A stretch of DNA of 62,003 bases, the filler included, from Basidiobolus ranarum (Eukaryota): assembly GCA_040143965.1 (NCBI GenBank). It is 2 parts of 2 records of this genome, joined end to end, with 100 filler letters (N's around TTAATTAATTAA, not from the genome) between each part and the next. Parts side by side here need not be neighbours in the genome. Positions count along the whole stretch, not along the records: positions 1 to 30,958 come from JASJQH010006969.1; 1 more part is not named here. One strand, given 5' to 3'. Made by a program: the position numbers and the translations under genes. The number at the start of each line of letters is the position of its first letter. Position 1 is the stretch's first letter. The notes under the pieces are model-generated. The model searched no databases and was not told the origin of the DNA. It saw nothing but the letters and a program-made list of their open reading frames with translations. Positions 1 through 12,490 of the stretch are shown here, piece after piece.

Positions 1-292
1 ATATTCGTGTGAATCTCATGGAAACAAACAATTTAATTTCTTTAGATCATTCCATTCCCATTCTGTAAGTAAGCCAAGTTGAACGAATATAAACACAAGT
101 TAAAGTGACAGTATTTGAGGTAGATTTCGACTGTTCCGAAGATATCTTAGATAACACGCTTCAAAGGAAAGGTATTGATGATACCTTGAAGAAAGGAATT
201 AATCTAATATGTAATGTAAGTGGAGTTCGCATCACATTAATCTTGTACTTGCTTGGTATGGTGTAACTCTCCATGAAAATCACCGGGATCAT

Positions 293-917
293 TTACAATA
301 GCTCGTATTCGTCTAATTTATCATTATACTTCAGAATCTTGTGCCTAATCTTGGAGGTGTCTACCATGTTATGAAATCTTCTAGATTGTGAGTTACTGAA
401 TATACCGGATCAGTGACGGGCCAACATGAATGTATCCTTATTCAACAAATGTGACATCTTTTACAGCCTCGGTCATTTTCAAGCGACACATCATGATTGG
501 TAATCTACGTCTAGTTCAACAATTGTTGGTGAATAAGATTAAAATATAGAGTTTCAAAGGAATGTATACATACCTGCAGAAAACAGACACCGTATTTTTG
601 TAGTATATAAGCCTCTTCTTTTAAACTACAAAATGGATCTCTAGGATCTAACAGTGATTCGACTGGTCAATTTCTTTACTTGTTCACCTAATTTATTATA
701 TTTGAATGAAACCCAAATTCCTTTGTTAATTTAAAAATATTCGAATGAAATAAAGTAATAAAAGGAATTTCTTAGAATATAGCCTACTTTACTTAATCCT
801 CACGCTCTTGTAAGTGATAACGACCTGTAGCTTGAATCTCATTTGCATTATCAACTGACTTCCATTGCATCAAGTTCACTTTAGGTAATAATTTCTCATG
901 ATATTTCAACGAACCAT
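293..917 (-). pseudogene. IMP3: IMP3 (U3 snoRNP protein, S4 domain) pseudogene, near full length, introns retained
   Basis: Minus-strand fragments read MVR.LKYHEK..KVNLMQWKSVDNANEIQATGRYHLQERED*, YNKLGEQVRKLTSRI.LLDPRDPF, TVSVFCR|RRLPIMMCRLKMTEAVKDVTFVE*GYIHVGP.VTDPVYSVTHNLEDFITW(fs)DTSKIRHKILKYNDKLDEYELL*. This is colinear with Imp3 but carries stops, frameshifts and a deletion. Intron 511-573 is GTATGT..TAG; the acceptor of intron ~702-787 has decayed to CAA. Confidence 0.88.
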
Positions 918-1282
918 ATTGACGAAACATCAATATTTAAAAAGAAAGGAATATTAGTATATATAGTTAAGAGTCCATGTGAATTAAACCAGTTCAAAAG
1001 ATACACTAGTTAGAAATTTTGTTTTGAATATGAGCTATATGAAAGTTAATCCATATATGAAAAGATAAACAAGAAATTGAAAATACCCATTGAAATCACA
1101 ATAATTATCGAGAGTTTTCAATAGATATGTAATATTCAATTACTTGTATAACCTAATCCATATTGGCTATTAAAATTCTTTCAAAAGGTTAGTTGGTCCG
1201 TAGTTTTCCTTACGCAAGTGAGAGATTGAACTTTATAGACTTATTTCAATAGTGACAAACATTTAGTGAGAGGAACCATAAA

Positions 1283-2074
1283 ATGGATACCGTTAAGATT
1301 CTCTCGTTATTAATTAGAACGATAGCCAAACCAGGTACTTGAAAGCGTTCTACTTTTTCATCTTACGAAGTTGTGAAATTTATTCATTTGATATTCACCT
1401 TTCTCGGGATATTTAGTGGCCAACACCATTAAAAACCGAACCAAATCTAATCCTAAATTTCGTACCATGTGTATCTCGGTTGCTCAGGTACTTATTCCAT
1501 TTAATTATGTGGATAAAAATTGACCATTTATACATTATTACTAAACGATTTTCTTCAGTTAACACACAAGGCGGAAATGAACCTAAAAATGAAGTTCCTT
1601 GGTTATAACAAGGAGAAAATTAGACCCTTGAATGATGCAAAGTAAGTAGGATCTATTTGTACTGAAAATATTATATTAGTAATTAACAATGACCAAAAGA
1701 GCTATTGAAGCGGGGGCCAATTTTCTAGGTGAGTCTATAATTTTTACTATTGCTGGGTCGTTGATAGTTTTTGAAACTTTAAGGTAGTCTATTATATCGA
1801 TTGACCGTATTACATGTTCAAATTCTCAAGAATTTTCACAATCAGAACACGTCGAAACAAAGCGAATGAACGAAACGAGATGTCGGATAATATTACCATG
1901 TTACTGTCAGACCGTATGCGATTAGAGAATTTGGTAGTTAAACAACAAGAGGTTCTTGATGAACTACGTGAAGAAGTAACTGAATTGAAGGAACATCATG
2001 AAGCAGTTACCAAAATGTTGGATGAGATACTCACTGTGTCCATGAGAGATTTTATGAGACGAGGCCAATTTTGA
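1283..2074 (+). CDS. OPA3: OPA3-like mitochondrial protein (5 exons)
   Basis: Spliced translation MDTVKILSLLIRTIAKP|VANTIKNRTKSNPKFRTMCISVAQ|LTHKAEMNLKMKFLGYNKEKIRPLNDAK|AIEAGANFLGESIIFTIAGSLIVFETLR|TRRNK... followed by a coiled coil. IRPLNxxKAIExGANFLGE is the OPA3 signature. Introns are GT-AG; ORF 1814-2074 is the last exon. Confidence 0.9.
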
Positions 2075-3949
2075 TCATATTCATTCATTCATATGCTCTC
2101 TCACTTCACAATATCTTTAATCGCTTCTTTTACTTCTCCATAACATATTTTTGCATTCACAATCCACAATGGACAGTTCTGTTGTCCCTTCCCTCAAATC
2201 AGAAATCCAAAATCACATATGGAACATGCTCACACCAGAGCCATCACAATTAAATTATGCTTGTATGTTCCTAAACCAGTTGCAATTAATATACCTGGAA
2301 ATGGTCGACTTACCACCTCGAAATCGATCTATTTCTTTGGGCTTTGTTTACATTCATTCAAGGCGTAATGGACGGCCAGGTAAATCCGAATTTAACATAC
2401 AAATGAGGACCCAAGAAAAAAAATACCTTTTAAGAACATTGAATGTGGTTCACTTGTAATGAGTGGATTGGATCGCCCCCAAATGGAAGAGTTCTTCCGC
2501 TTCCGAGAATTTATACATGTATAAAGTTGGTATATCATTTGTTGAATGCACCAATTCGAATAATCCTTGCAAACAATCACCGCATGTCAATTTCTGATAG
2601 CCTTTTGCATGGTTACCTGGTCGAAAATTCAAATCATCTCCATAACTAAGACTGATAACAACGAGTCCCATCTAAGTCCAACTTGCACGCGTGCTTGTCC
2701 GCATCTTTATTACTCCAGTTATGGGATCTCTTTTCATCAGCATCAATGAATGCATCATCATGTGTGTTCCCTACCATCTGTGAACCTAGCGTTGTGCTAG
2801 AAAGACTAGTAGGCGAGTGTACGGCGAGTGTACTGTATCCAAAGCCAACACCTATGGTAATTGAAGTGAGGTTTGAGTGCAAACCCTCCCTCACCAAGTA
2901 GATGTGTGAATCGATCGAAAGCCGATCTGACGTGCACATGACCAGAGGAAAACCAAAACAGAGTAAAAAGATCACCGTAAATAGACAGTGTGACTTCCTC
3001 AAAGCTATAGATTCAATTAGAAAATGGGGTTCGCAAGAGTACTTTCTGCTATGGTAGTAAGATTCTATGGATATTGAAGAAGCATCGACTGGGACTGGAG
3101 TCACATGCTATTGGTATTAACAAACGCCTCAATCACTCCTTATTGCAATGATTTCATAAGGATCAAAACCAAGCATCTTTTGCTCGGATTGACAGATCGC
3201 GTGATTAGTTAGGAAGTTTAATCGTATGTTTACATGAACTGCTAACAAAAGAGACAAAAAAGGCAACCGTGTGGTACAAAAGCTATTGGAGCATATCTAC
3301 CGCCACGATACCGTCTCACGGTGTCACTTGAAATCTCCGCATCGTTTCTTTGATTTAGCGAGGTCTCTCATAGCTCGACTGTGGTCAAGGATGTCATGCA
3401 CGGGCCTGTTGCCATTCTCTTTTCTTCACCTTCGAATATCCTTCTAGAATCTTAATGATCGAACATTCAATGATTGGCTCTAGAACCGGACTAGAAACCG
3501 GAGCCTAGAATGGCAAGATGCCCTATCTCGGTGAATCAAAAGAACAAGCATTGTTGTAGCCACTTGAGCATTTCCAGCCAATGGGAAGCTGGTTGCTAGA
3601 TTTCCAATCTCGATCTGTTCCAGTATTCTTGTGAATACCCAGTTATGTATCACAATTCACAAGGATGGCTATTTGCTATCAGATCTGGCCATCTTCTACC
3701 AAGATCAACGATTACAGATGAAACCTAATGGATACTTAGTCCATTATTGGGCAATGCAAGTTTGAATCGTGGAAATCGGATATAACTCGATGTTATTTAA
3801 GACTTGAACCGCGCAAGTTTTATGGATTTTTATTCCCTTTGCTCTTTCGCTTTCGCTTCCATTTTTGTTCCTTATCTACACTCCAAGAACTTGGGTGTCT
3901 TTTATTATAATACCAATAGTACATCAGTAGTTTGAAACTTCTTGGCTAT

Positions 3950-4916
3950 ATGGCGAAATCCTCATTCATCTCTATTGCAAATACTGACAACACTGAAATG
4001 ATTTATTTATCGCGAAGTTTTGAGGATGTATTGGGATTCTCGAGGAGAAACTGGGTAGGTAGAGCTCCCATAGATTTATGTCACCCCAAAGACCGTGAAG
4101 GGGTTTCCACCGTTCTTGATACTTGTATCAAGCTTCAGAAGTTGGCTACCTTGATCTACACTCGAATTGTTTCGGCAACTGGCTATCAAATACTTGAAGT
4201 TTGCGTGAATTATTGTAGTGATATAGTAGTCTGTTCAAATAAGTTGCTTCAAGAAAAAGACTTACCCGGAATATTTGGTATGTTACAAAACAAAACATTA
4301 TGCTTTAGTCATTTCAAAAAGTTAAGTAAACGTAACAATCTGTGTAAAACCAAGCAAGAACATCTCTATCTGATAACATCGTAACTGTAACCGATAATCA
4401 CAACATCAGCGTGCTGGTAAGAGGGTAGAGTTCATTCTATGTATTGAGGATATTCACCGATATTTTTCTTCCAAACAAAAGGGCAGCCCTGGAGTATTCC
4501 AGACAAAAGGAAAGTTAGGTCAGGTATTATCGCAAACCGATACAGGTCCAATTAGCATAGATCCTGAGGAGCGCATATGTCTGCTGCTCGACCACCTGAA
4601 TTCTTTCCAGATCAAATATTGTTCAAGCCTCGCGATTCCAATTTTTGGATGTTCTTCCAAGGAGTTGGAGGAGAACTCGCTATTGGATTACATTGACCAT
4701 GATGATTTATATGACGTTCAAGAAGAGCTCAACGAAGTTATAAAAGACCAGGCGGTTAGTAATCGGATAGACTTTGCCTTTGTCTCACTTTCTGGGTACA
4801 AAACCGAACTTCAAGCATTTGTCAGCTACACAGATGATGGGCTCATTCTAATAGCAAAGCGCAATCCAGAAGATATACTGCCAACAACAATGAAAAACGA
4901 CTTTTTAATTTGTTAA
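3950..4916 (+). CDS. Tandem PAS-domain protein (3 exons)
   Basis: PAS-like motifs IYLSRSFEDVLGFSRRNWVGRAPIDLCHPKD and IKYCSSLAIPIFGCSSKELEENSLLDYIDHDD. Introns starting GTATGT (4278) and GTAAGA join the pieces in frame. Confidence 0.75.
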
Positions 4917-5071
4917 GTAAAGTTACCATGAACATAGAATCCATCGACCAAAAAGTTGACCAACTCCGTTGTTACATGATGAACCATTTGATAAACAAGA
5001 ACAAGCTCAAGTGTATTATACTATCGTAACAATGCAAGAGCACGAATATTTTCTTCTCGTTGTCTAAAGAT

Positions 5072-5581
5072 TTATTTCAAAAAAAGTATTATTAGATTAG
5101 TTAGTAGTATTAGTGATACATTTGAAGGGAATTGCATTTGACTGGAACTCGTAGATGGTAATGAGGTGAATTTGCTTAAGTTAATGGTCGGACTAGGTGG
5201 AAGTGGAGCATTCAATGCGAGTATGCAGAAATGTTGAGAGTGTCTAGTGAAATCTTGATTATTACTTATTTCAATATAGTAGTCGTCACCAGGTGGTATC
5301 TGACTTGGAATTAGCCAAGTGAATGTTCCATTGCTAGGTGGTTGTTTAGTAATCTCTCCTGTTAAAATAGGACCAATGGGATCAGACCCTGATTTGTACA
5401 ATGTTAAGGTAAAACCAACTAATTTAGTCGATAGTGCCCCAGAGATTCTGTAGCTTATCGTGACCAAATCACCTCGTGCCCATATGGTGCGAGAGTTCGG
5501 TTCATTGAACTTAAAATTTAAAGATTGCCCAGATGCTAGCTTTAAAGCGAAGATACTAAGGATTAGAAAGTCACCTTTCAT
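5072..5581 (-). CDS. Secreted Ser/Thr-rich GPI-anchored protein, Kre9/Knh1-like N-terminal domain
   Basis: Signal peptide, P.....W..G..VTI.Y and GTFTWLIPSQIPPGDDYYIEI..HSQHFCI motifs, S/T/P stalk, hydrophobic C-terminus. Confidence 0.75.
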   Translation of the reverse strand: MKGDFLILSIFALKLASGQSLNFKFNEPNSRTIWARGDLVTISYRISGALSTKLVGFTLTLYKSGSDPIGPILTGEITKQPPSNGTFTWLIPSQIPPGDDYYIEISNNQDFTRHSQHFCILALNAPLPPSPTINLSKFTSLPSTSSSQMQFPSNVSLILLTNLIILFLK

Positions 5582-6303
5582 TATTTTTCAAGAGTGTTAG
5601 GGTTAATAGTTGTGGAATTAGTGTTCTATAATTTAGTGCGGGTTGAGTGAAGATTAGGTGCTAATTAAATACCCATTTTGCTAGATCGATTTCTGACTGG
5701 TGATTGTGGCGATTAAAATAATGTGAAGCGTTTTTACATGTATTTATATGTATACAATTGGTAAATCAGTCTATGAATCCAATGAGCATTTACGTTCCAT
5801 CATCGTAAGACAATCAGTGAGTGCTCACGAGATAGTGGACCAACAATCACTCATTACTCGCAAGATAATGAGCCAACAATCAATGGCAATCAAATGATAT
5901 CACATCTCCTCTCCTTTTAATGCTAACAAAACCTTAATTTTGCAGTTGCAATCCATGTGCCTTTGTCCAGCTCACTTTGGATGTTATTAGTCTCATTTGA
6001 ATCTGGTTTGTCTCAACTGTAGTCTATTGTTGGCCATTCAATACTGACAATACAGCTGCCGTGGCTGCTCAGGTTGATTCATAACTCAACCTTGATGTTA
6101 ATAAATGAGTCTGAGACATCTTTGAAATGATTCTAAATTTGGCAAAGAAGTTCCTATACTAATGACTGTTGAACTGGTCATCCATTGTACAAAGGTCTAG
6201 TGGCTCAAACAGATCAAAACTATATAAATTATCATGAAGTCATCATTGTTTTCTTCACTTGGAACGTTTGAAACGTCTGGTATTATCTGAATCCTCAAAG
6301 CAA

Positions 6304-6634
6304 ATGAAATTCACGCCAGTCGTGGGGTTTCTCCTCTTCATCTTACTTGGTGTTTCCACGTCGGAAGTTAAACGTCGACCTAGACGCGGTATTAAAGATA
6401 TTTATGGAAATACCTTGAGCTATATTCTGATTACTCTAACACCAAGTAAGAAATCTTTTATGTTGTTTATTCCTACTATCATGTTTTTAATGTAGATTTG
6501 GAATACAGCACCTACCTTAAGGCCCAAAGTATCCAAAAATATATCCAGTACGCAGACTATATCTTCTCGTACCCCCATTGCAAAGCATTTATAATCACAT
6601 TCAACCCGATAATCCTATTTGGGCAAAGTTTATA
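6304..6634 (+). CDS. Possible small secreted peptide (2 exons, uncertain)
   Basis: TATATAAA at ~6221, signal-peptide-like MKFTPVVGFLLFILLGVSTS followed by KRRPRR, and a putative intron GTATTA..TGTAG. No homology recognised. Confidence 0.3.
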
Positions 6635-6768
6635 ATGGTTTGAGGCAGTTACTAGAGTAAAGATTCATGCCACTCTTGATACATGAATAAACATTTGACA
6701 TGCTTATAAATATAGCTAATCTGACGGGTCTCCAATATATATATGTACACGTACATTTGATTAGAAAT

Positions 6769-7824
6769 TCATATATTGGATTCTGTGTATTGACCAACTG
6801 TGTTCCCGGATAACAATCCATCTTGCTCGCCGTTCAGGGATCTAGATGGCTTTGGCCTGGTGCTCAAGTTCTTTTGTCTGCTTTGAAACAAGGATGGGTT
6901 TGATCTAGTATCAAATGGACGTTCGGAATGCGCAAATTTAAGTGATGGATAGTATTGGTGATAAGAGAAATAAGCGGCCGTAAAACCTTTTAAACCATTC
7001 AAATCATTAAAGATCATAAACATTCTCTATACATGTCAATCATAGCTAACCTATTAGTCCACCTGCGACCACATCAGACCAGTGGTGTCTATAATCAGTA
7101 ATTCTAGATATTCCGACTAAACTTGCGCCAAGTAGAGGTGCTAAGATTAGGAAGCATTTATAAGTGTGTCCACGTTCGTCGAATAAATGTAGTTTTCCAG
7201 CGAGATAGAAGCTGAAGAAACCTAATCCTGAAAATGCCACTGGAGGATCTGTTTAGTTTGATTCACTTCAATGATATAGAAAAATCACTAACTTGTAGTA
7301 TGACCACTTGGAAAGCTCTTCAACCCATCATTAAAGATATATTGGTCTGCCTGGGTACATATCTTTGTTGAACTTAATCGCAAGGGGGGATCAATTGGTG
7401 GTACTCCGTTTTCAAATTGTGGTCTGCACCTATCAATAAAATCAGGCCTATGTCTTCCCACAGATGACTTGAGGATCCCAGTGATCAGGAATGATAAAGA
7501 TACAGCCAAAAACAAACCCAACAAACCGTTGTGGTAATCAAGGGCACTCTGTTTACTCAAATAGGAGATACCAATAATTAAAAGTGCTGGTAGGAAAATG
7601 GACAGCATCATATCCATACCGATACTTAATCTTTCATGTGACTGGAATGGGTAGCTGATACTCTTATCCGTCAAAGAGAATTCCTTCTCAAATGGTACCA
7701 TCTGATCGATCCAAAAAAACCCGATGGTAAGTACGCTTACAATCACCCAATCCCATACATAAGTTGATAGTAACGCTTTGAGCGTTATCGCGTTGTTCTC
7801 GAATTGTATAGCTCGGTTCACCAT
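6769..7824 (-). CDS. DPP1: PAP2-family lipid phosphate / diacylglycerol pyrophosphate phosphatase (3 exons)
   Basis: Catalytic motifs [15 protein letters not shown] and [13 protein letters not shown], with multiple TM helices. Confidence 0.9.
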
Positions 7825-7930
7825 GCAAAGAGAGTCTAGAAAAGCGTCTAAAGAAATCCTCCATTATATATATATTCCTTGGTGAGTATGAAGTCCAATC
7901 GGTTGGCTACTTGACCTTCCCATGAGCGAG

Positions 7931-7945
7931 CGTGTGTGTGTGTGT
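7931..7945. repeat. (GT)n microsatellite
   Basis: cgtgtgtgtgtgtgt upstream of the PAP2 gene. Confidence 0.6.
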
Positions 7946-8339
7946 TTACGTGTTCAAATAGCTAATGACATTGGATAGTTCTTTCACTACTCAACCATTC
8001 AACGAGCTAGCTGATTGAGCACTTGGCTCCATCATTGGCGAGGAATGAGAAATGTTCATCATGACGTATAACGGAAATGGTGATGTATATATTCGATAAT
8101 GTTGAGGATGTACTTCTGGACACATGGGTCAATTGCTAAATGACATAAACCTTATTTCACTTGGTTAAATGTATATATAATAAATGAGCAATCTCATTTT
8201 TTTCTAGATCCAACGTCACAAAATTCTTTTTTATGGATTCTTACATCATAGATGATTTTCCAATTAGTACTTGATTTATTTTTCTCGTTTAACGTAGTGT
8301 AAGCTTCATCTAGTCCTTCATAAACCAACCGTCACTATC

Positions 8340-10192
8340 ATGAGCTTAGAAGAAGAGTGTCCCAATCTTATCGAGTAAGCTTAGTTTTAGTGTAGTATGT
8401 GTGCTCCAGTTAACTAAGGCATGTTTTATCTGTCTTCTTTCTAGCGCTGAAGAAATTCCTGATCTAGTTCAGGCTCCAACTGTTAAAAAGTAAATACTCT
8501 GGCCACTTTCAGTCCACTCATTTTTATATCTTATTGATGGTTTACTCCAAACAAAATAGATTTCTAGAAGAGAGCGACATAGAAAAAAAGATACCCATTA
8601 CTATTGTAACTGGTTTTCTTGGCTCGGGAAAGACCACTTTACTGAATTATATACTTACAGAGCAACATAACAAACGTGTAGCTGTGATATTGAATGAGTT
8701 TGGTGAAAGTAATTATGACTTTATTTAAAAATATCTTGTGGTTTATTTATTAACATTTCTACCTTTTAGGCAGTGATATCGAAAAATCTCTCTCCGTTAA
8801 TCAAGATGGAGAGTTATATGAAGAATGGCTGGAATTAAGAAACGGCTGTTTGTGTTGCTCAGTAAAGTAAGTTTTGATGCAAATATATCTATTAATTGAT
8901 ACTTGAGAGTATCTGTGGTAACACGTCTTAGGGATTCAGGGGTTAAGGCCATTGAGAATCTAATGACCAAGAAGGGCAAATTTGATTATATATTGCTAGA
9001 AACTACAGGTAGATTTGAACATTTTAGTTGAACGTGAGAAATTTGAAGTAATATTTTTATTGATACTTGACTTTAGGTCTTGCTGATCCAGGTGCGTGTA
9101 TTGATGTTATGAAAAAGAGGGAATTGTAAAGATTACTCAATACTTCGAATATTTAGGCCCCATTGCTTCAATCTTCTGGTTAGATGATCAGCTATGCAGT
9201 GAAATCTTTTTGGATGGAATTATTACTGTTGTGGATGCTAAGCATGTGGAACAGGTAATGAGATAGCACGAAAGTTATGGTAGCTGAAATCACTCTTATA
9301 ATTGGTTTAATTCAGCATCTTCAAGAGAAAAAAGCCAACAACGAAGTAAACGAAGCAGTCAAGTCAGTAACAGAATCATCTTGAGATATTTTCGGAATGT
9401 TCACTTAAATGATGTACATTTTCTGTTATAGACAAATCGCACTTGCCGACAGACTCATACTCAATAAGGTTGATCTTGTTAATGAATCTGATTTGGAAAG
9501 ATTAGAGTCATCCATCAGGTATATGGCATTCATGTTTGGTAATATGGAATTGAAAGTAACTTAACGAAAACAACTGAAATATACTCCATCAGATCCATCA
9601 ACTCCGAGGCTAGCTTGATTAAAACCGAGAAGGCCAGGTAATACCTGATTTCTAACATTTGGTGATTCATCCCCGTAAGCTGACGTCTAACGTTGTTTAG
9701 AGTATCAATGGACTTCATTCTTGATATCGGAGCTTACGATGTCAGTACCACCAAAGGTGCCCCGGACTTTGTAAACTCAGCAAGCAGCAATCATCTAGAT
9801 CAGGTACATTAGTTCTTTACTGATACCAATAGCATCCCTTACTCAAACCATTACTGTTTCAGGGTGTTACTACCGTCTGTATCAGATTTGAAAACGATTG
9901 CGAAGACGTTAAGAAGGTAGAAAAATGGATTCAAGAGTTGTTATGGGAAGGAAAGATCCCAGGTTGTGACGTTGGTGAAGACGAAATTGCTGTTCTCAGG
10001 TTAAAAGGTATCTTGACACCTCGAAACCAACCCAACACCAGGGTAGTCATTCAAGGAGTGCATGAAATATACGACATGCAAGAAATACCTATTACTTCCG
10101 AAACCACCAAAGAGAGCAAAATTGTATTGATTGGTAAGGGATTGAAACAATCTCAGTTGGAAGAATCACTACGAGATTTCCTTCGTCAATAA
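8340..10192 (+). CDS. ZNG1: COG0523/CobW-family Zn-regulated GTPase metallochaperone (multi-exon)
   Basis: GFLGSGKT Walker A, NEFGE, NGCLCC metal motif, ETTGLADP, NKVD, and CobW_C (LRLKG..QGVHEIY..IVLIGK). The N-terminal exons give [20 protein letters not shown]. Confidence 0.93.
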
Positions 10193-10758
10193 TAATTGTT
10201 CTATATTTTCCGCATTCAGAGTTAATGGATCCAGAAAATGTTATTCATCAGAATTAAACTTTCAAGATCTTCAAAACCTAAAAGTAACGTGTATTTTAGT
10301 TCAATATGGCTGCTATTTGCAGTGGCAGTGATGGAATCGATATTAATATGATCCAAATTCACTCAGTCCTAAAGTGATTTAGTCATTTATTCTTCAACAT
10401 TTTCGGTATCTTGTTCCAAGTTCTTAGAGCCAGGTACCACGATATTGATACCAATTTGTACAGGCACTTAGTGATAGGTGCTGGTGATAGATTCTTAATG
10501 GAACAAAGCGTGAAATTATTGATTTATACTTGAGAACAAGGGGAAAACCCTGTTTTAATGAGGACATCGTTGTTGAGGTCATCACTTTCCTATTTTCTCT
10601 CCAAAGCTTCGATGATTGAACACATATGCTGCTACTTCTACTGCTTCAATGATATCACGTCAAGTAGTAGCATTAAAATGACATCATAAGAACACCACTG
10701 AGGTACTTTTAAAGCGAATTTATTTAGTGGCGATACATTCAACACACACATCAACTGA

Positions 10759-12028
10759 TCAGCAAGGTGGATTAAATATATGAATATGTTCATCCCAGGC
10801 GCAAGTAGCTACCTGACCTTCGCGATAAAGATTGAAATCAACTCCGAGGACAAATTCAGTGTGAAGATCATGTACGTGGAGTAGCTGTGATTTTGTAATA
10901 TCCCAGAACCTTGTGGTCATATCGTAGGATGTAGTGGCAATTAAGTCGCTATGATGTGGTGAACATTTCACATTACGAATAGCGAATTCATGCCCACGAA
11001 GTATAGTTACCGGGCGATCTGGGAATCGGATATCCCATACCTTAGCAGTGTTGTCTACCGATCCCGTGACAATCATGCCTTCTCGATACTTATTCCAATC
11101 CAAGGATAGAACTTCATTCGCGTGGGCTCTGATGGTTTGCACACTGTTAGGCATCTTAGTATCCCACAACTTGACCGTTTGATCACCTGACGCAGAGGCA
11201 AACATATCAGGGTTTGTTGGAGACCAAGAGGCGTTGTACACACAATGAGAATGCTCGGCAAATGTCATCAGCGAAGTAGGGCTTTGTGGTGACCACTACA
11301 ATGGTAAAATCGATTAAGAAAATCTGAACTCTACGTAAATATAATCTGAATTGTTTCTATACCAATTTGATAGTATGATCCCAAGAGCTGGTTATGAAGG
11401 TGTCTTTTTTGATAAAGTTCCAATTAACTGAGAACACTTCTCTTTGATGTTCTTGCCAGTTTTTGATAGGAAATTGCTGTATATCAATAATTAGCATATC
11501 AGATATATATCCCATTTCTTATGTTAGTCACGAGGTAGCTTACAGGTGCATTCACATCCCACAATTTAACAGAACCGTCCCCACTAGAGGTAGCCAATTG
11601 GTTTTCGTTTTGTTCACTCCAGGCAACATCATACAGTCCATCTTGAGTATCGTACCTATATAGTAAGCCCTATTAAACTCAAGGAAACATAAACAAATTC
11701 TATGACATAGTACACACATATTAGAGACTGCTATCCCAGCTGGACCAACTCCGGTATCTAGCACGTAAAGTCTACCATTTCCAACTAAACCGAAATTAGC
11801 AGAAGCCGCGCAGGCTAGTTTATTTTCAAAAAAGGGACTGAATTGGACCTATCAAAGGGATATTTATTTAGTATACTTCAGTTTTGCAATTATATCTGTG
11901 AATTTAAAGGAAAGGTGGTCGAGGTGAAAGTGTTAAAAGCAGGTCCCGACCTTTTCCTCCATTTACAAAAATTACAAAGGAGAACTTACCGAATAACCGT
12001 TATACCCTTCGGTACGAAATTTAAGCAT
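10759..12028 (-). CDS. PEX7: Peroxisomal PTS2 receptor, WD40 (4 exons)
   Basis: MLKFRTEGYNGYS|VQFSPFFENKLACAASANFGLVGNGRLYVL, YDTQDGLYDVAWSE, HTEFVLGVDFNL..QVATCAWD. Confidence 0.95.
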
Positions 12029-12490
12029 ATTGCAATGGTTTATTGGAAGTGTAGAAACTAAACAAGAAAAAGAAAGATATTTGAACTAGATAACTTTCCA
12101 GTTGTTCTACGTGGGACTTCAATTACAACTGTACTTTTAAAAAGATAAAACCCAAATAGAAACACTCACTTTGGTTTTCGTAACGATACAGTGGAAAATA
12201 TAGATTTGCTAAGTAAAATACTTGCGCTTCTATGACCTCGATATGTTCTATTTACACGTGATCCGATATTTGACCAGATTATCATTGATGTGGCTGTGAC
12301 AAATAGATTTGTCATGCTATATCCTTGCCAGCCATTAATGTGAGAATATACTTGATTTACTACCTTAGTAGCACAATATAACGTGAAAGCATGGATTATC
12401 ACAGATAGCTTGGTTTATACACAGTTATCGTGCCAATTTATTACCAGTGATGGACATAAAACAAATAAATAACAATTGGAGATATTGAAC

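Noticed and set aside
1814-2074. Stand-alone 86-aa coiled-coil gene
   Set aside because: It is the last exon of OPA3.
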